Source of the DNA: an uncultured virus (IMG/VR IMGVR_UViG_3300042861_002400)
Taxonomy: Duplodnaviria > Heunggongvirae > Uroviricota > Caudoviricetes
DNA length: 64,000 nucleotides
IMG/VR virus record: IMGVR_UViG_3300042861_002400
Reading direction: 5' to 3' (one strand)
Shown: positions 19,465 through 28,810 of the stretch, piece after piece
Layout of the letters: each line of letters starts with the position of its first letter
How positions within the stretch are numbered: position 1 is the first letter of the stretch
The notes under the pieces: model-generated
What the model was told of the DNA's origin: nothing
What the model saw: only the letters and a program-made list of their open reading frames with translations
The model's database searches: none
Position numbers and translations under genes: made by a program

Positions 19465-20573
19465 GACTGTGCCTCTTCTCCTTCGTTGTTGTTGTCCGTG
19501 TTCTCGTCCGTGCTGGCAATGCCAGCGTTCTGCTCCGTCTCGTCAAAAAGATCATTATCTGTTGACCCTTCGGACTCCGCCGGGTCGATGGATGCGCGGC
19601 TGCTGCCGGAGACCACGACGCCCTCGAGATGCCAGGCCAGGTGGCGGCGGTCGTCCTCGCGGGTCCGCTCGAGCTTGGCGAAGACCTCGACATGCCCCAG
19701 GCAGGCCGGCCGCATCAGGCTGCGCACGACGTAGCTGGCGACACCGGGTTCGTAGGCCTTCAGATGGCTGCCGCACCGGCACAGGAGTTGGTCGTGCGTT
19801 CGGATGCGCAGGTGAGCCGGCGACTTGAGGGTCGGCAGGCCCATGCCGATAGTAGCGCCCATCGGGACTTCCAGCATAGAGACAGGGACGACGCCCAGTT
19901 GATGGTCATGTCCGGCGAAGTAACAATGAGCTGAGGGGAAGATCCGGCGCAGGTCGTCAACACCGTTGATCGTCGAACCCGCCAGCTTGCCGCCGCCTTT
20001 GCCGTGGCAGATAACGAAGTCGAGCGGGACCGACGCTCCGCTGCACTTACCCCCGCCGCACCCGCGGTAGATGGAGAGGCGCATGTAGCAGATCCAGCCC
20101 AGCCAGTGGGTATTCAGGCGCTGGGCCAACCACTGTTCGGCCGACATGCCGCAGGAGTAGCCGTGCTGCTCACTGTTTGTCTGAAAGATGTAGGTGTGGT
20201 TGCCCTGGATGAACCCCAGGTTGTGGTCACCTAGAAAAGCGAGACGCTTGGCCAGGGGTTCGAGGTATCCAGTCACCATCCACTCGTCGATGCTGTCGAC
20301 GCTGCCCGCATGAAGGGCCGCCCCGAAGAGGGACTTGCGCTCGCTATCCGAGAACTTGTCCGTCTGGTCGCCGATGAAGAACGTGTAGTGGTTCGGGGAC
20401 TTGGCCATCCGGCGCTTGACCCGGCCCAGGGTCGCCTCGAACCGGGCCTTGCTGTGGCCCCTCACTCCGTAGTGGATGTCACCGATCGCGGAGAACGACA
20501 GGGTCGGACTACTCGAGTCGGGACAGTAGATACGTGGATTCTTGGTTGTACAGATCGCTTCACCAGCTCCCAT
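19461..20573 (-). CDS. calcineurin-like metallophosphoesterase
   Basis: Motifs GDIHYG, FIGDQTD, GNH, CHG and GHDH in the canonical order. Confidence 0.85.
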   Translation of the reverse strand: MGAGEAICTTKNPRIYCPDSSSPTLSFSAIGDIHYGVRGHSKARFEATLGRVKRRMAKSPNHYTFFIGDQTDKFSDSERKSLFGAALHAGSVDSIDEWMVTGYLEPLAKRLAFLGDHNLGFIQGNHTYIFQTNSEQHGYSCGMSAEQWLAQRLNTHWLGWICYMRLSIYRGCGGGKCSGASVPLDFVICHGKGGGKLAGSTINGVDDLRRIFPSAHCYFAGHDHQLGVVPVSMLEVPMGATIGMGLPTLKSPAHLRIRTHDQLLCRCGSHLKAYEPGVASYVVRSLMRPACLGHVEVFAKLERTREDDRRHLAWHLEGVVVSGSSRASIDPAESEGSTDNDLFDETEQNAGIASTDENTDNNNEGEEAQS

Positions 20574-20577
20574 ATGA

Positions 20578-21285
20578 CTAACCCCCTTGCGGTTTTGGTT
20601 GTGTCGCAGTGGCCGGGCCGATCTCCGACGGCGCCACGTTGATCACCTGAGATGATTGTTGCGGGACGACGGGGCCGCTCTGACCCGATCGATCAAGTAC
20701 GATGAGCCCCAGGCGTTGCGGGACTTCGGCGGCTGCGGCTGCGGCTGCAGCGGCGGCAGCTTGTTCGGAGAGACCGAAGATCCGGGCGCGCAAGGCTGCG
20801 GCAGTGGAGGCGCCCTCAGTGATGGTCTTCAGAACGTTGGGACTGAGCCCCATGTTCTCGCCCTTGCTGTTCTTTAGCCGCCCGTGCTTGGCGTCCTCGA
20901 TCATCTGGTTGACGAGACCCTCGAGGGCGGCACCGGTCGCGGCCTGCTGCTGGGCCGCCTGCAGGCGTCCGTTGTGCATGAACTCCCGGAAGACCTGATC
21001 GTTATGGTCCTTGAAGGCACCGGTCAGTTCGCGCCGGGTCCGGACCCAGCCGCCGTCCTTGAACCACTGCAGGACCTCGAGGAGAGGACGGTCGTATTGG
21101 GCGGCCAGCTCGGCGGGCCCCTGCGATCCGTCGCCCTCCATGTAGGCACGGTAGATGAGATCGCGGGGGCTGCCGGGCAGAACGCCCGCCTCGCCTTCCA
21201 GACGGGCGGGCAACGACTCGACCGGTGCTTTCTTGACCGGCATTAATTGAGACTCGGTGGGGGCGTCCATATTGTGGTGTACCAT
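20578..21285 (-). CDS. HTH protein, possible terminase small subunit
   Basis: HTH-like GPAELAAQYDRPLLEVLQWFKDGGW followed by helical segments, an architecture common in TerS; AGGAG SD. Confidence 0.45.
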   Translation of the reverse strand: MVHHNMDAPTESQLMPVKKAPVESLPARLEGEAGVLPGSPRDLIYRAYMEGDGSQGPAELAAQYDRPLLEVLQWFKDGGWVRTRRELTGAFKDHNDQVFREFMHNGRLQAAQQQAATGAALEGLVNQMIEDAKHGRLKNSKGENMGLSPNVLKTITEGASTAAALRARIFGLSEQAAAAAAAAAAAEVPQRLGLIVLDRSGQSGPVVPQQSSQVINVAPSEIGPATATQPKPQGG

Positions 21286-21318
21286 ACTCCTTTCCCTGAT
21301 ATCGCGCCAGTCTTTTCC

Positions 21319-21858
21319 TTACCATTTCTCACGCCGCGCACACTCGGCCATGAGGAGGGCGTCGGCGTCAGTGGTCTTGGTCCGGGTGATCATGGCCGCG
21401 TGATTCGGGAACAGGCGGCAGCCGACTTCCCGGCTGGCGAACTTCGTCTCGCCCGGCGGGACGCCGATCGGCAGCATCTTCGACTGCCACTCGCCGCTGT
21501 CGATGATCCGGTGCGGCCGCAGCCCCGCGAGCTCGAGGGCGATAAGAGTCGCCTCGAAGGATCGCATGGCGAGCATCGTCACTTTGACGTTGACGCCGGT
21601 ACAGGGGCGCTCGACGAAGATCCGCAGGAACGGCGACAGGAGCTTCAATGCCTCGTACATATCGCGAAGCTTCTGCCAGTCGACCCGGGTCACCTTGCCC
21701 ATCTTTTTCGTCAGGGCCAGTGTCTCGTTGGTTGGCACTTCCCAGAAATGTTTGACCAGGCCGTTGTAGTCGATGGCCGCGATGCGGCCGGTCGATCCGT
21801 TGTCCTGGCCGACGTAGATGATGTCAGCGGCGACGGGGTTCAACAAGGTATCAGTCAC
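21319..21858 (-). CDS. RuvC-like Holliday junction resolvase
   Basis: YVGQDNGSTG...IFVERP...W...DADALLMA, the acidic active-site pattern of the RuvC/RNase H fold. Confidence 0.8.
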   Translation of the reverse strand: MTDTLLNPVAADIIYVGQDNGSTGRIAAIDYNGLVKHFWEVPTNETLALTKKMGKVTRVDWQKLRDMYEALKLLSPFLRIFVERPCTGVNVKVTMLAMRSFEATLIALELAGLRPHRIIDSGEWQSKMLPIGVPPGETKFASREVGCRLFPNHAAMITRTKTTDADALLMAECARREKW

Positions 21859-22297
21859 GGTGGGAGATCCTTTCGTAGAGACTTAGAGACTGCTTCACTT
21901 CATCGAGAGCGGCTTCAGCGGTGACTGCCCGTTTCAGGACCGCCATCAGTTGATCAATCTCGAGATTGGCGAGCCGGTCGCACGGGGCCAGCTTGCGAGA
22001 GCGCATCGCGTCGACGGTTCCCTGGAGCGCGTTGGCCCGGTTCTGGTTCTTTCGATCCCGCTCGACGAGGTGCTCGATCCTCCGGAGGACCGAGCTGGGG
22101 CCTCGCTCGAGATCGATCCTGTTGCGGCCGCCCAACAGGCGATCCGCGTCGATCAGGAACTTCTCGAAGAGCCGGGCGTAGCCGTGCCACTTCGAGCACA
22201 TCGCGAGAAGCTCCTGCGGCGGCGCTTCCCTGAGCGGCTCCGTGATGTCCTCGATCATCTGGGCGACTTCTTTGTCGATAGGTTTTTCGTCCATCAT
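21851..22297 (-). CDS. hypothetical protein, 148 aa
   Basis: ORF overlapping both neighbours in the operon; coiled-coil-like. Confidence 0.6.
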   Translation of the reverse strand: MMDEKPIDKEVAQMIEDITEPLREAPPQELLAMCSKWHGYARLFEKFLIDADRLLGGRNRIDLERGPSSVLRRIEHLVERDRKNQNRANALQGTVDAMRSRKLAPCDRLANLEIDQLMAVLKRAVTAEAALDEVKQSLSLYERISHRD

Positions 22298-22524
22298 GGA
22301 ATCCCTTCAAAGCTGATGTTCATGTTATTCAATTCATTAGTCAGCCAGTCCTGCAGGCCCTCAAGCGCCTGCTGTGCTTCAGGAGTCAGGTCCGACCGTT
22401 CGATCTCGTGGCGCAGATACCGCTCGCGCAAGTTGAAGACGATACCGTGAAGCTCCGGCCCCATCTGGGCGAGCCGGAACTCCGCAGCTTCTTCGGGTAG
22501 GTTAAATGAGAGTTTCGCTTCCAT
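22294..22524 (-). CDS. small hypothetical phage protein
   Basis: Begins MEAKLSFNLPEEAAEF; translationally coupled to its neighbours. Confidence 0.65.
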   Translation of the reverse strand: MEAKLSFNLPEEAAEFRLAQMGPELHGIVFNLRERYLRHEIERSDLTPEAQQALEGLQDWLTNELNNMNISFEGIP

Positions 22525-22527
22525 CCA

Positions 22528-22686
22528 CTAGCACCCTTTCGCGCACAGGAGACCGATCACGAATCCAATAAACAGCACGACCCAGTATCCAGCCCCTTTG
22601 GGACCGTTGTCTTGCTCAGTGGGTTCCATGTCAAACGCCGGATCCGACGGGTGCAGCCCGGATAGTGGCTGAAGTTCAATGGTCAT
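22528..22686 (-). CDS. small membrane protein, 52 aa (not in ORF track)
   Basis: Manually read MTIELQ...GYWVVLFIGFVIGLLCAKGC*; exactly fills the gap between neighbours and has one TM helix. Confidence 0.5.
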   Translation of the reverse strand: MTIELQPLSGLHPSDPAFDMEPTEQDNGPKGAGYWVVLFIGFVIGLLCAKGC

Positions 22687-22871
22687 CGGGGCGACTCCCC
22701 TTTCATGGTTCTCGGGATATGGATATAGGTCCAGCCGATCAGGTAGCCGAGGGTCTGCTCGGCGGTATAGGTGGCCGGGATATTACTTTCCTTGCGGTCG
22801 AAGGCGTCATCGAACCCTTTGTCGAACGCCTTGAGGATCTCTTTCGAGAGGGGTTTACGCGGGTGTTTCAT
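22683..22871 (-). CDS. hypothetical protein, 62 aa
   Basis: Operon-packed ORF with an AAGGA SD. Confidence 0.5.
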   Translation of the reverse strand: MKHPRKPLSKEILKAFDKGFDDAFDRKESNIPATYTAEQTLGYLIGWTYIHIPRTMKGESPR

Positions 22872-22874
22872 GGA

Positions 22875-23228
22875 TTATCCTTTCACTTGCGCATGGTGTT
22901 TATGTTCGTCGAGCGCCGTCACTCCATCGTGGTCGCCTTCTACGAACTCGCATAGGGCGATGTTTGCGACGTCCACCAAATGTTCGGCATTCCGATCTTG
23001 TAGGTACAGGTCCAGGCGTTTCTTCATGCTGGCGACCCGGTCGTACTTGGGTTTGCCGGCCGCCCCGAGCAGCCCGTAGCGCATCCCGCCCATGATGAGG
23101 CGGTTGCGCATCAGCCGCTCGAACTCCGGCGACCACTCGGTCTCCTGGAGCGATTCAAGAGGGGGCGCCCTCTGCGGCAGGGCAGCCCCCATTAAGTGTT
23201 CGCGTATCTGATCATGGACGCTTCGCAC
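22875..23228 (-). CDS. hypothetical protein, possibly all-alpha NTP pyrophosphohydrolase-like
   Basis: GxxRYG...EHLVDVAN pattern resembles the neighbouring DUF5664 and MazG-like helical hydrolases. Confidence 0.45.
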   Translation of the reverse strand: MRSVHDQIREHLMGAALPQRAPPLESLQETEWSPEFERLMRNRLIMGGMRYGLLGAAGKPKYDRVASMKKRLDLYLQDRNAEHLVDVANIALCEFVEGDHDGVTALDEHKHHAQVKG

Positions 23229-23697
23229 GGCGCTTGCTGCCTTTCTTGGGCGCCGGGATCGGGACCCACTGGCTGAGCTTCCCCTGGGTCCCGTCGCCAG
23301 GATTCTGGAGGCTAGAGAAGTCGATGCTATAGCCTACCCGCACGGTAGGGGGCGCATAGCGCGGCATATCGTCCAGCTCCTTCGGAAGCACTCCGCGCTT
23401 CACCATCTCCTGTGTATGGATGATCATCATGGCGTTGCACATAACCGCGGCGAGGTGGTCCTCATCCGTCTTGCCTTGCTGGAACCTGTTGACGTGGCGC
23501 TTGAGGCTCTTGAAGCACCGGCTCACGGGCATGCCCTTCTCCCAGTTCCGGGCGCCGTAGCGCTGGGCGGCCTGGCCGAGCCAGACCCCCAGGCGCTCCT
23601 CGGCGAAGGGGGATATTAAGTCGAGCGCGGGCTTTGTGGGATCCTCGTCCCGGTGGGCCCCTGTCGCAAAGACTTTCCGTTCTCCGCTGGCTTTCAC
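23212..23697 (-). CDS. dATP/dGTP diphosphohydrolase family (DUF5664)
   Basis: FATGAHRD...KPALDLISP...RYGARNWEKGMP...LKRH...EDHLAAVMCNA family signature. Confidence 0.85.
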   Translation of the reverse strand: MKASGERKVFATGAHRDEDPTKPALDLISPFAEERLGVWLGQAAQRYGARNWEKGMPVSRCFKSLKRHVNRFQQGKTDEDHLAAVMCNAMMIIHTQEMVKRGVLPKELDDMPRYAPPTVRVGYSIDFSSLQNPGDGTQGKLSQWVPIPAPKKGSKRRAKRP

Positions 23698-24761
23698 AGC
23701 TCCACCTCCTCGTCAGGCCGGCCGACCTTGCCGCGCACCCAGTTACGGATCGCCTTGGCCTCGTTCTGCCATGCATCACAGGATGATCGGATAATACCGT
23801 AGGCCCCGACCGCCCGCTGCAGCCAGTCCCACGTATCCTCGATACGGGTCATGCGAGTCTGGAAGTTGCCCGCCGGGTCAACCATCGCCTCGCCTTTCGG
23901 AACCGCCACCTGCCGCATGCAGAGCGACGGGTCGAGGGTGAGGCTCATCGGTAGTTCGTCGCCCATGTCCAGGATGAACTTCCCCTTGTAGAGCAGCTTA
24001 CCGGACTCGAGCGCCTTGGCAGTTTCGACCGCGAGCGTCGCACGGCCGCCGCAGATGCGGATCTGGCCATCGTCGGAGCCGCCCATCAGGAGAAGCGGCG
24101 GGTCGACCATGCCCTGCTTGTTGTCGACGCGCAGGTGTTTCTCGAGCCGGTACCACAACCATGTCAGGAACTCGGGGCCATGCTCCATCGTGGTCGGAGC
24201 CAGCACATTGCGGTCGGGCGAGAGTTGAGCACAGGGGCACTGCCGGATATCGGTGCCCGCCACCAGTTTCACCATCTCGTCAACGTAGAGCTGCATCGCC
24301 GGGGACTGCGTGGCGATGAGCCAGCGATTCTGGAACCGGGTGGCCGCTGTCTCGGAGGTCGCCGTCGTGTAGATGTAGTGGTCGCCGACTTTCCAGACGG
24401 CCTCGATGTCCCGGGTGATGATCGGGGCGTCGGGCAGCAGGCGCTTCATGATGTCGGCGCGGATCTCGGCTTTCTTCGGGCGCCCCAGTTTCTGCTCGGT
24501 CGCCCGCTCGTAGGCCTCGACTTCCCTCTTCGTCTCCGCATCCAGCAGGGCCTTCGAAACCTTGCGGGAGGCGAAGCGCAAGGTCGCAAGCTGATAGCCC
24601 GCGAACTTGTGGACATCCGTCCAGTAGCTGACGCCGTCAACGCCGACCGTATTCGCAGGTGGCGGGGCCTCGTCCTGCATGACCTGGAACGGCTTCTCAT
24701 CGATCTGCCGTATCACGTAGAACACTCTCAAACTCAAACTACTGCCATTCTTCATTCCCAT
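23694..24761 (-). CDS. RdgC-like recombination-associated protein
   Basis: LRFASRKVSKALL...KKAEIRADIMKRLLPDA...GPEFLTWLW resemble RdgC-family segments; 355 aa. Confidence 0.7.
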   Translation of the reverse strand: MGMKNGSSLSLRVFYVIRQIDEKPFQVMQDEAPPPANTVGVDGVSYWTDVHKFAGYQLATLRFASRKVSKALLDAETKREVEAYERATEQKLGRPKKAEIRADIMKRLLPDAPIITRDIEAVWKVGDHYIYTTATSETAATRFQNRWLIATQSPAMQLYVDEMVKLVAGTDIRQCPCAQLSPDRNVLAPTTMEHGPEFLTWLWYRLEKHLRVDNKQGMVDPPLLLMGGSDDGQIRICGGRATLAVETAKALESGKLLYKGKFILDMGDELPMSLTLDPSLCMRQVAVPKGEAMVDPAGNFQTRMTRIEDTWDWLQRAVGAYGIIRSSCDAWQNEAKAIRNWVRGKVGRPDEEVEL

Positions 24762-24780
24762 CGTCGTATCTCCTTTTTCG

Positions 24781-25212
24781 TTATGTTTTCGGATTATTGG
24801 CGGCGCGCAGCCGTGCGGCCAGCGCCTCGTAGCGGCCGGCCTGCCGATTCACCTTCGCAAGGTAGGCCGTCATGGATTCGTTCTGTTTCTGTTTCGGGCC
24901 ATTGGGACCGGCGCACCACAGCAGGGCGTAGTCACGCAGGGTCGGCTCGTGCCCCAGCCGGGCGACTGTCCCATAGTGGGATAAGTAGACCTCGGCCATC
25001 TGGATCGACTTGGCGGGATCCCAGCGATCGCTTTCGCTGAAATGCCGCGGATCCTTTCGCTCGACCAGGATCCGGTTCACGTCGTCGACAAGGATCTTGC
25101 GAATCTGCAGGACGCCGACCGCCTGCTCCCGTGGGTTGAGGGCCGTGCGATCGCCGCCGCTTTCGACGGCGATCAGCAGTTGGATGACGAGGCTCAGTGT
25201 TGTCTGGTTCAT
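24781..25212 (-). CDS. lysozyme-fold muralytic enzyme (lytic transglycosylase-like)
   Basis: IAVESGG (catalytic Glu), AVGVLQI and DRWDPAKS. Start moved to ATG 25212, which has an AGGAG SD and an ATGA overlap. Confidence 0.75.
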   Translation of the reverse strand: MNQTTLSLVIQLLIAVESGGDRTALNPREQAVGVLQIRKILVDDVNRILVERKDPRHFSESDRWDPAKSIQMAEVYLSHYGTVARLGHEPTLRDYALLWCAGPNGPKQKQNESMTAYLAKVNRQAGRYEALAARLRAANNPKT

Positions 25213-25769
25213 ACGCCGCGCTCCTTGTATTTCCTGAATTGATGCAGGAAGTTTTGCTCCGAGGACCCTGGACTCATCGGAAGGATCAGCAGGTTCTCGT
25301 AGGCGGTTGCATCGACGCCCCATGCCGCCGGCGGGTCCGACAGGAGATCACGCAGCTCCGTCATCACAATGCGGTTGTCGATCCCGCGGATGATCCCCCA
25401 CTCCTCGTCCGTCGGCCAAGCCACACCCAGCGCCTGAAAGATGATGCGAAGGGTGTGCATCTCATGGTTCCGGTAGGCCACCATGCGATCCGGGGCGAGG
25501 TCGACCCACAGCGCCGCTTTGAACGGGCGCGTGATGTCCTGTAGGAGATACTCGGCCGCGTCGTGCAGCAGCGTCTTGAGCTTCAGTCCGTCCGGCGCCA
25601 CCATGGCGCACAGACTGCTGTGATTCGCGACGCTGTAGAACTCGCGGCAGTGCCCGTTGAACCGGCAGATCAAGGACAGGCTGTGTGCGATATCCTCGAT
25701 GCAGACGTCTTCGAGCTGAAGGTCGAGCGGTCTGACCGCCCGACCCGTGAATGTTTGAACCCAACTCAT
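25209..25769 (-). CDS. HD-domain phosphohydrolase (YfbR/5'-deoxynucleotidase-like)
   Basis: IEDIAHSLSLICRFNGH...YSVANHS...LLHDAAE. Start moved to MSWVQT (25769). Confidence 0.85.
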   Translation of the reverse strand: MSWVQTFTGRAVRPLDLQLEDVCIEDIAHSLSLICRFNGHCREFYSVANHSSLCAMVAPDGLKLKTLLHDAAEYLLQDITRPFKAALWVDLAPDRMVAYRNHEMHTLRIIFQALGVAWPTDEEWGIIRGIDNRIVMTELRDLLSDPPAAWGVDATAYENLLILPMSPGSSEQNFLHQFRKYKERGV

Positions 25770-25770
25770 G

Positions 25771-26073
25771 TCAATAGTCCCCCTGTCTCGGGTGAAACTC
25801 GCCCCGTTCCTTGAGTCCCTCAATGTGACGGGCGCGACGCTCGCGACGGACCGCCAGCAGGGCATCGACTTGGTCCCACGCCAGGTTGGCCCGTTCGTAG
25901 GCGGTCATCTGGATCCCCATGATCATCATCTGCCCCAGCAGGGGCAGGGAAAGCAGGACCCGGACGTCCGTTGCAATCTTCGAGACCGCAGGGTTGAGGG
26001 GCGCCCCCGCCTCATCGGAGGACGGGAGCTGATCAATCAAATCTTCGTCAGCGTAGCGGCGGTTCGTAGGCAT
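25771..26073 (-). CDS. hypothetical protein, 100 aa
   Basis: Operon-packed ORF. Confidence 0.6.
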   Translation of the reverse strand: MPTNRRYADEDLIDQLPSSDEAGAPLNPAVSKIATDVRVLLSLPLLGQMMIMGIQMTAYERANLAWDQVDALLAVRRERRARHIEGLKERGEFHPRQGDY

Positions 26074-26076
26074 GGC

Positions 26077-26511
26077 TTAGCGCACCGTCGCTTTCAAGAC
26101 CGTGGTCGCCTTGAGCTCTGCGGTCAGCAATTCGCGGCGCACCACGTCGATGTGTTCGAAACCTTCCTTCATCAGGAGATCGATGTTCTTCGAGTCGCGC
26201 AGCCAGGAGGCTAGCTTCGTGATTTCCTTGGCCGCCTCGCCAGTCGGCTGATGCTTGGCCGGGTTGAAGACCTTGCCGCCCGCTGTCTCCTTCCACTCAC
26301 CCACCGTCAGAGAAGGTACCCGGCGCGACTTCACCGTCTTCGGCGGCTTCGTCTCGGTCGGCGGCGTCGGAGGAGTCATCGTCATCGGCTCCGGCAGCGG
26401 CGGCGGAGGAGGAGGAGTCGTCTGCTGAAACTGCTGCGTCAGACCCTCCACTTTCCCGACTGCCTTCTCCACTTGCGCATCCGTCATCACTGTTCCCGTT
26501 ACTTCCGGCAT
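26077..26511 (-). CDS. Pro/Thr-rich hypothetical protein, 144 aa
   Basis: Strong AAGGAG SD before ATG 26511; its 5' part overlaps the primase 3' end. Confidence 0.6.
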   Translation of the reverse strand: MPEVTGTVMTDAQVEKAVGKVEGLTQQFQQTTPPPPPPLPEPMTMTPPTPPTETKPPKTVKSRRVPSLTVGEWKETAGGKVFNPAKHQPTGEAAKEITKLASWLRDSKNIDLLMKEGFEHIDVVRRELLTAELKATTVLKATVR

Positions 26512-28780
26512 CTGCGTTCTCCTTCTGTTGTTGCTGTGTTACGTTATTATTACTGTTTTCCAAGAAGTCGGCCACAGCCCCCGACTTCCGGACAAAGAAC
26601 TCACCGTCGCGCCACGAGACGTCGACCGGGATCTCCCACTCCTGGACCTGCCGATCGCCTTCACCGCACGGCTTCACGTCGATTCCCTTGGCGCGCATCT
26701 GCCCCAGGGCGATGCCGACATTGCGGGGATTCATGCGACCCATTGGGACGCCGACGTTGTTGGTCACGATCAACTGCAGGAGCTGGGTGGCCGTCCCGCG
26801 CCACACCTTCTCGCTGGGTTTCTCGAGCCGGTAGGCGTCGAGGAAGTTGACAATGTACTCGAAGACTGTATAGGACGAGGCTCCGCGGCTGGCGTAGGCG
26901 AGCAGGTCCTGATGGTAGAACGGCCGCAGATGATACCGGGTATCCCGGGCGTCGATCCATTCCTTCGTGTAGGGCATGTCGAGCAGGAACCGGGCGAAGA
27001 ACGGGAGCTCTTCGTCGAGGATGCGCTGCGTCTTCTCGCGATCGCCAGGAAAAACGAACTTCGAGTCGGGGTTGATGCGCAGTAAGCTGATCTTATCGGA
27101 GATCGAAGCGTCGAGTGACGGGAGCAGACGCAGGGACTCAGGGTCGTCGTTACAGGCGATGACGACCCGTCCGTTCCAGTCGACCTGGCCGGTGGCTTCA
27201 TACTTGCCGTTGTAAGACAGGCGCTGATTGGCGACCAGCTTCTTGACGAGCGCCGAAAATTGCGCGTGTCCTTCGCTCGAGACTGACCCTTGATCATCGT
27301 CGACTACCGCAATCGGCCACTTCGCCAGCTGGTTCGACCACTGCGACCCCTTCACCAGATAATCGGAGCCGTCATCAGAACCGCCCATCAGTTTGCCCAG
27401 CAGCACGGTTGCAAAGAAGGACTTGCCCTTGGACCGCCGGCCTGCGAGGACGATGGCGTGTCCGGGCGAGGGGCGCTGGTAGTAACCGGTCTCATAGAAA
27501 TGCTTGATCCAGTTGAGGAGGTAGGTCAGCTGGATCGGGCGACCGTCGACGAGGTCCAGGAACTGCGAGAGGTAGGCCCATACGAACGGGAACGTCTTGA
27601 TGGCGCTGGGGAAGTCATGGAAGATCCCCGGGGGCATCGGCTGCAGCACCCGGACGCGGCTGATGTTCAGGACGCGCTCGCCACGGTAGATCATCGGGCC
27701 GTGCGGATGATAAATGAACGGCAGGGCCCCGCGGATGCGGCAGTGGATCTGCAGCTGGGTCAGGACCTGCTCGACTTCCGAGGCCTGTCCCGGGGCTTCT
27801 GGCTTGCCGCTGAGCCCCTGACACTTGAGCCAGCGGGTATAGCTGCCGGAGTCGAACCGTTCCCAATTCTCATCATCCAGCTGGAGCCAGAAGTTCCGCT
27901 CGTCCCATAGTGTTTTCTTGAGGACCGACGCGGACTTGGCCGCCTCGTACTGCTCGACGAAGGCAGGCCCGAAGATTGACTTCCAAGTCATGAAGGGCGA
28001 GGGGCCGGTGAAGCAGACCATCCCTTCCGGACAGACGACTGCGGCGGTCTCATTGTCGGCGGACGGGTCCCAGAACCGGAGACTCCGAGCGCCCACCTTG
28101 AACTCGCCCTTCCAGCGACCGGGGAAACGTTTCTCGACTTCCTCGGCGACGATCTCAATCGGGATTTCGATCTTTGATTCTTCGGGCGATAGGAGCGAGA
28201 TCCCCTTGCTCGCATCGAGCAGCCAGTTCTGTAGCAGGAGGGTCGGGATCTTGTAGTCGGCGATCTTCTCCCACTTGTTCCCCAATTCATAGCATTGGTA
28301 GGGACTCTTCAAGCATTTCAAGTCGAGGCCAGGCAGCCACCGGCTCAAAGCCAGGCGGCGGGCCAGCTGCTGCAGGAATGCCTTGATCTGGTTGTCGTTG
28401 GAGAACGAGATTGGACTCTCGAAGTCCCAGATCAGACGGGCGTGACCGCTGACCGTCGTGACGATCCAGCTGGGGACGTAGTCGCAGGGCTGGTACTTGC
28501 GCACGTAGGTGATCGTCTCATCCGACAGGGTGGCATCGTAATCGACGATCAGGCAGTGCATCTTGACCGGCCTGTTCTTCACTTCCGCGCTCACAAAGAC
28601 GCTTTCCGTCTGCCCTTCGAAGCCTGTCAGAAAATGATGCCTGAAGTCAGGCCGGCGCCAGAGCGCCTGGATCTGCGGCTTCGTCATGTACTCGTCGTAT
28701 GCGTAGGGCGTGAGCGTCCATGGCTCTGCGACGACGGTCGCCTTGAGGTCGACGACATTATGCCTTGAGAAAAAACGCAT
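26297..28780 (-). CDS. primase-helicase (AEP/PrimPol-like N-terminus + SF3/DUF5906-like helicase)
   Basis: LIVDYD and TVSGHARLIW primase-like motifs; Walker A GRRSKGKS, Walker B VVDD and motif C VIACN; adjacent to the DNA polymerase. Confidence 0.8.
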   Translation of the reverse strand: MRFFSRHNVVDLKATVVAEPWTLTPYAYDEYMTKPQIQALWRRPDFRHHFLTGFEGQTESVFVSAEVKNRPVKMHCLIVDYDATLSDETITYVRKYQPCDYVPSWIVTTVSGHARLIWDFESPISFSNDNQIKAFLQQLARRLALSRWLPGLDLKCLKSPYQCYELGNKWEKIADYKIPTLLLQNWLLDASKGISLLSPEESKIEIPIEIVAEEVEKRFPGRWKGEFKVGARSLRFWDPSADNETAAVVCPEGMVCFTGPSPFMTWKSIFGPAFVEQYEAAKSASVLKKTLWDERNFWLQLDDENWERFDSGSYTRWLKCQGLSGKPEAPGQASEVEQVLTQLQIHCRIRGALPFIYHPHGPMIYRGERVLNISRVRVLQPMPPGIFHDFPSAIKTFPFVWAYLSQFLDLVDGRPIQLTYLLNWIKHFYETGYYQRPSPGHAIVLAGRRSKGKSFFATVLLGKLMGGSDDGSDYLVKGSQWSNQLAKWPIAVVDDDQGSVSSEGHAQFSALVKKLVANQRLSYNGKYEATGQVDWNGRVVIACNDDPESLRLLPSLDASISDKISLLRINPDSKFVFPGDREKTQRILDEELPFFARFLLDMPYTKEWIDARDTRYHLRPFYHQDLLAYASRGASSYTVFEYIVNFLDAYRLEKPSEKVWRGTATQLLQLIVTNNVGVPMGRMNPRNVGIALGQMRAKGIDVKPCGEGDRQVQEWEIPVDVSWRDGEFFVRKSGAVADFLENSNNNVTQQQQKENADAGSNGNSDDGCASGEGSRESGGSDAAVSADDSSSSAAAAGADDDDSSDAADRDEAAEDGEVAPGTFSDGG

Positions 28781-28810
28781 GCAGCAATCCCTCCTGCCGG
28801 TGTAAAAATT

